DNA of 64,000 nucleotides, from the NCBI GenBank assembly GCA_002269645.1, contig NIVC01004429.1, forward strand, positions 14,990-78,989. The letters run 5' to 3'. Source of the DNA: Macrostomum lignano. Lineage: Eukaryota. A model generated the notes under the pieces. The model did no database searches. It was given only the letters and a program-made list of their open reading frames with translations, and was not told the DNA's origin. Shown here piece after piece: positions 59,437 through 64,000 of this stretch (the stretch's first letter is position 1; every line of letters begins with the position of its first letter). The translations under genes were made by a program, and so were the position numbers.

Positions 59437-61557
59437 AGAGTTTAGGAAATTGGGATTTGGGTTGGCCGAGGAAAAGGAGAGAGAGAGAGAGACAGGATGG
59501 TAAGGAAAAGATTTTTTCTAAGTCGCCCACCCACTGCCCGCGCTGAACCAGTTAGAAAATTTTCGAATCCCCAGCTTCCATCTAAATAGAGGAGAGAATG
59601 GGATATTCTTCCCAGGAGCCAGCTAATCCGCGCTAATCTGTGCACCTTTTGCCGCCGCCGCTGGTGGCTCTTTTGGATATCTTTTAGAGGCAGGGCTTGC
59701 CGAACACGCAGGGCTGAGGCTTGGGGAGGGTTGGAAACTGCCAAGCCGAAGCCTCATCAGTCATTCTCCCGACAACAAGGGAATGAGGGGGGGAGGTTAA
59801 CCGTCAGCATCTTCTAGTGGAAGCTTCTCAAAAAAACTTTGCCCCATGTAGCAGTTTAAGCTTCTTCAAGAGTCGCCTCTCTCTCTCCTTGGTCTGCCCG
59901 GATCAAGCCGGGGACCGCTGAGCTGGAGCAAAGTTGGACAGGAATAAATTCCAATTTTGTTAAGAAAACAACTATTGTGAGGGCTGTCTGGAAAGTTCTG
60001 ACGCTTCTGATCCCAGAGCTAAAGGGGCGAATTTCAATTCTTTCTAATAAATTGTTTTACTCAGTCCAATTGTGCTCTCGGATCCCCCAGACCTACCGAA
60101 AATGCGCGCCTGTTTCCAGTCCAGACTCGCCTCTACAGAAGTCCAGGGAGTTGAAAGAGCCAGCCCCAAAACCTGCCCTCCTTCCCCGCGCGCAAAATAT
60201 TCCTCCGAAAAATTTAATCAATTCCAACTTTGGAAGTTCTTCGAACGTCAGAAGCCGCCGCGCGCCTAACTAATTAAAAGCCAAAAAGCGAAGTGAGCTG
60301 AGCTGAGCTGACAAACAAACAGACCTCCCCGAAACCGTCACACCGACAAAAAATTAAAGCCGCGTCTACGCTCGTAACAGGGCTGAACCTGTCAGCCGAG
60401 CTCCCGCTATTCGGCACCGGGGGGGGGGGGAGGCTCCACAACGAGAATAAAATCTAAAGATCAATTGACGAGGGCAGCGCTGACGGATGCGGGAACTTCG
60501 AATTCGCTGGATTTAACCGAGACCCCTTCTGGCTGCGAGAGTCTGGGAATCAATTTAGCGAGTGTTTGCCTCATCGCTACAGGATTCCAGATTCCCATGG
60601 GGGGGGGTTTCAGTCCTCGGAGTGTCAGCTTGGTTCAACCGAGATTTGCATGGCGATCTCTGTAAACATTTGCAGGATGTGGCGCGAGAATTATTGAACT
60701 GAAGACTTGACTTTTAGAAAACGACACAAATTGTCTTAGAAAAAAAGCGACGCTTTTACAACTATGGTGTCGTTTCTATAATCTTTCTTTCAAATTCATT
60801 CAAAGAACTTTCTTTCAAATTATTGTCTCCAGATCGTAGCTTTGTTAGTTTACTCTGTATTAAAAGGCAACAAAGCAATGCAATTACTATTTTCAGGCTA
60901 AACTTTCAAACTGCCAAACAGATAAACTGCTTGTGCTTATAAAGTTATAATGTTGTTTGCATGATTTATTAGGCGGCATGATATTTATAGGCATGAAGCG
61001 ATAAGGAAACGCAGACAAGCAGACATATAGAGAGTAATAAAATGAGAACCCAACTCGCATCTTTCTCATTAATCATGGTGTCTATGCAATGAGAAGGTTA
61101 TCAAATAGATTAGCAGTATTGAAGAGAGGTTCACAACAGCAAAAATTGTTTCTTGGTGAGACTCGATGGCTTGGAGATTGAAGAAAATATAACGGTCTGT
61201 GTTATGCAAGAAGAATATGCACATAGTTAATGAGCCAATATTATAAAACAAATTGTGTGCAAATTAAATTGTACCAAAGAAAAACAAATTTTCAACGCAC
61301 ATTCATTTTATATGCCATCAAGGTTTTCGCCGATAATAATAAAACAATAGCATATCTGGTAGTAATTCGAATTAAATGACAATTCACACAGTCATAGATC
61401 GCTTAATACACACTTGATATCCAGCATAGGAAACAGTTCCTATGTGTAATCTGCCGATAATTATGTCAATATTGTAGGTTCCTTGGCAAAATGTGTCACA
61501 AATAAGCAATATGAATTTATGAACTGGACAAATTTTTACATTCACTGAACGTCAGCC

Positions 61558-62063
61558 TCAAGTTGACGCCATCAGCTGGTGCGGCATCTGCTTCTCGTCC
61601 GAGCCGCAGTCTTTGTCCCAGTCTTTGTCGCATACCATCGAGCCGGACGCGACAAGGCCGCTCTTCATCAAGAAGCTGCTCTCCTTCTGTCGCTTCTTCT
61701 GTTTCATTCTACGATTCTGGAACCAGATTTTCACCTGGGTCTCGTTGAGCGCCAGGCTGTTGGCGATCTCAATGCGCCTTGCTCTCGTCAGGTACTTGTT
61801 GAAGTGGAACTCCTTCTCCAGCTCTGTGAGCTGCTTGTTGGTGAAATTTGTCCTGCCGTTGCCGGGGGCCATGAGGCAGTGCGGCGGTACCTGCTGGGGG
61901 TCGAGGGACAGCGGGCAGACTGGCTGGCGAGAGAGCGGGTGGCAGAGCAGCTGCTGCTGCTGCAGCTCCTGTTGCTGTTGTAGGATCTGCTGTTGCTGCT
62001 GCTGTTGTTGCTGCTGTTGCTGTTGCTGTTGCTGGTGCTGCTGTTGCTGTTGCTTCTTGCAGT
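61558..62063 (-). CDS. lab: labial/Hox1 homeobox gene, exon 2 (poly-Q linker, homeodomain, C-terminal tail)
   Basis: [56 protein letters not shown] is diagnostic of paralogy group 1. Acceptor TTTTCTCGTTCAACAG|AC at 62064/62063 is phase 1 and in frame with the homeodomain. Exon 1 is not in the window. Confidence 0.96.
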
Positions 62064-62167
62064 CTGTTGAACGAGAAAAGCAACAAAAATTGTCTTACTT
62101 TTTCACCCTTTAGTATTGAAATAGATGGGTCTAAAGGAGTCTAATAGGGGTATAAGTGGTTTAACAG

Positions 62168-63185
62168 TCGGTGAGAATAACCTGGCCTTCCCAACCGGTG
62201 AGAATAACCTGGCCTTCCCAACCGGTGAGAATAACCTGGCCTTCCCAACCGGTGAGAATAACCTGGCCTTCCCAACCGGTGAGAATAAACTGGCCTTCCC
62301 AACCGGTGAGAATAACCTGGCCTTCCCAACCGGTGAGAATAACCTGGCCTTCCCAACCGGTGAGAATGACCTGTTATGTTCACCCAGGCCTTCCCAACCG
62401 GTGAGAATAACCGGGATTGTGTTCACTGGTGATTAGAGGTCTTCCCAACCGGTGAGAATAACCGGGATTGTGTTCACCGGTGCTTGGAGGCCTTCCCAAC
62501 CGGTGAGAATAATTTCGTTCCATTCACTGGTGATTGGAGCCTTTTCAACCGTGTGAATAACCGGGATTGTGTTCATCGGTGATTAGAGGTCTTCCAACCG
62601 GTGACAATAACCGGGATTGTGTTCACCGGTGATTAGAGGCCTTCCCAACCGGTGAGAATAACCGGGATTGTGTTCATCGGTGATTAGAGGTCTTCCCAAC
62701 CGGTGAGAATAACCGGGATTGTGTTCACCGGTGCTTGGAGGCCTTCCCAACCGGTGAGAATAACCGGGATTGTGTTCACCGGTGATTAGAGGTCTTCCAA
62801 CCGGTGAGAATAACCGGGATTGTGTTCACCGGTGATTAGAGGTCTTCCCAACCGGTGAGAATAACCGGGATTGTGTTCACCGGTGCTTGGAGGCCTTCCC
62901 AACCGGTGCTTGGAGGCCTTCCCAACCGGTGAGAATAATTTCGTTCCATTCACCGGAGATTGGAGGCCTTTTCAACCGGTGAGAATAACCGGGATTGTGT
63001 TCACCAGTGCTTGGAGGCCTTCCCAACCGGTGAGAATAACCGGGATTGTGTTCACCGGTGATTGTGGGTCTTCCCAACCGGTGAGAATAACCGGGATTGT
63101 GTTCACCGGTGATTGTGGGTCTTCCCAACCGGTGAGAATAACCGGGATTGTGTTCACCGGTGATTGTGGGTCTTCCCAACCGGGG
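62168..63185. repeat. Hox1-intronic arrays: 27-bp TTCCCAACCGGTGAGAATAACCTGGCC, then ~50-57-bp hairpin-containing units
   Basis: Direct tandem iteration. Confidence 0.93.
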
Positions 63186-63794
63186 TGTAGAACTGATATT
63201 TATAACTTGCTCTTAAATGGTCTGTATTTTTCTTGCTGTTAGTTTACCTTGCACCGCATTGAAGAAACAGACAAATAATTTTCTCTCAAAGCCCCGACAC
63301 CCAAAAGCTTAGCTTAACAACAGAAAATTCTGGCAACAAATGTTCATAGTGAAATGTCCTGTTTTGTAAACCAATACCCAGTATTTACGTAGCATAGCTA
63401 CAATTTTTTTTGGTTTCGCAAATCTGCATCCTGGAAATAAAGCATTTCGAACTGGAACACTGGAAGTCGCAAGTCAGTTTTTGAACATCCATCACCCAGC
63501 TGCTGTCTCTTGTGGCTTGTGTTACAATGCTTGGATTGCTAGGCCCCCCCTATACGCTGCCCTATTCAATCACCTTTCAGGTTTGTTGGATGTCACCGCG
63601 GCAAAAGTGATATATTATATGCGTGTTGATTGCGGCCAAGTGTTTATGCTGCCCCGATGGGGCGGGGAGGCTGGGGATCCTCAGAATCCCGGGCCTGTTG
63701 CTAGGCTGATCTGTACCACAGGGACAATGGGATTGGAAGGAAAGTGAGATGACAACTTTCTCCTTGGAGGTCTTTGCGCCTTCCTTGGGTGCGA

Positions 63795-64000
63795 GAGACG
63801 GGGGAGACGGGTGAGATGGAGAGGGAGACGGGTGAGATGGAGAGGGAGACGGGTGAGATGGAGAGGGAGACGGGTGAGATGGAGAGACAGACGGGTGAGA
63901 TGGAGAGAGAGAGACGGGTAAGGTGGAGAGAGAGACGGGTGAGATGGAGAGGGAGACGGTGAGATGGAGAGAGAGACGGGTGAGATGGAGAGAGAGAGAC
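63795..64000. repeat. ~21-bp purine-rich minisatellite GAGAGGGAGACGGGTGAGATG; runs off the window end
   Basis: Direct tandem iteration. Confidence 0.9.

Noticed and set aside
62168-63185. Palindromic repeats as CRISPR direct repeats
   Set aside because: The sequence between hairpins is itself repeated, and the array lies in a Hox intron.
62064-64000. Hox1 exon 1 (hexapeptide), other Hox genes, miR-10
   Set aside because: No in-frame F/Y-x-W-M with a donor was found; the TGGATG at 63.49 kb follows a stop. No second homeobox or miR-10 sequence was seen. Hox1 is normally the 3'-most cluster gene, so this window says nothing about clustering.

Overview
This is animal nuclear DNA from a bilaterian invertebrate. 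GC-rich exons with poly-Q/poly-A runs lie among many unrelated local minisatellites, which resembles flatworm genomes such as Macrostomum; the species is an inference. Recognisable genes: a two-exon CHERP homologue (minus strand, 3.76-10.04 kb), a shortened neuronal-calcium-sensor-like EF-hand gene (24.5-24.9 kb) and the homeobox exon of a labial/Hox1 gene (61.56-62.06 kb; its first exon is not in the window). Unnamed genes: a ~2,000-aa low-complexity protein (35.3-41.4 kb), two small orphan ORFs (30.4-31.2 and 45.55-45.99 kb) and a micro-exon gene for a single-pass membrane protein (33.1-34.1 kb) that the ORF track mostly misses. Mobile DNA: the 3' end of a Ty1/copia element with a 96-bp LTR, an internally deleted mariner, a probable tRNA-derived SINE head, and a 4.8-kb foldback element whose arms are mirror-image 161-bp arrays. 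The most notable observations are that foldback element (one G-quadruplex motif per unit, same variant order in both arms), a 2.9-kb block with one CpG upstream of CHERP, and a cluster of Pbx/Hox1 and Meis motifs around the Hox1 gene. Most ORF-track entries are translations of repeats. All analysis was by eye with no database searches, and repeat boundaries are approximate.
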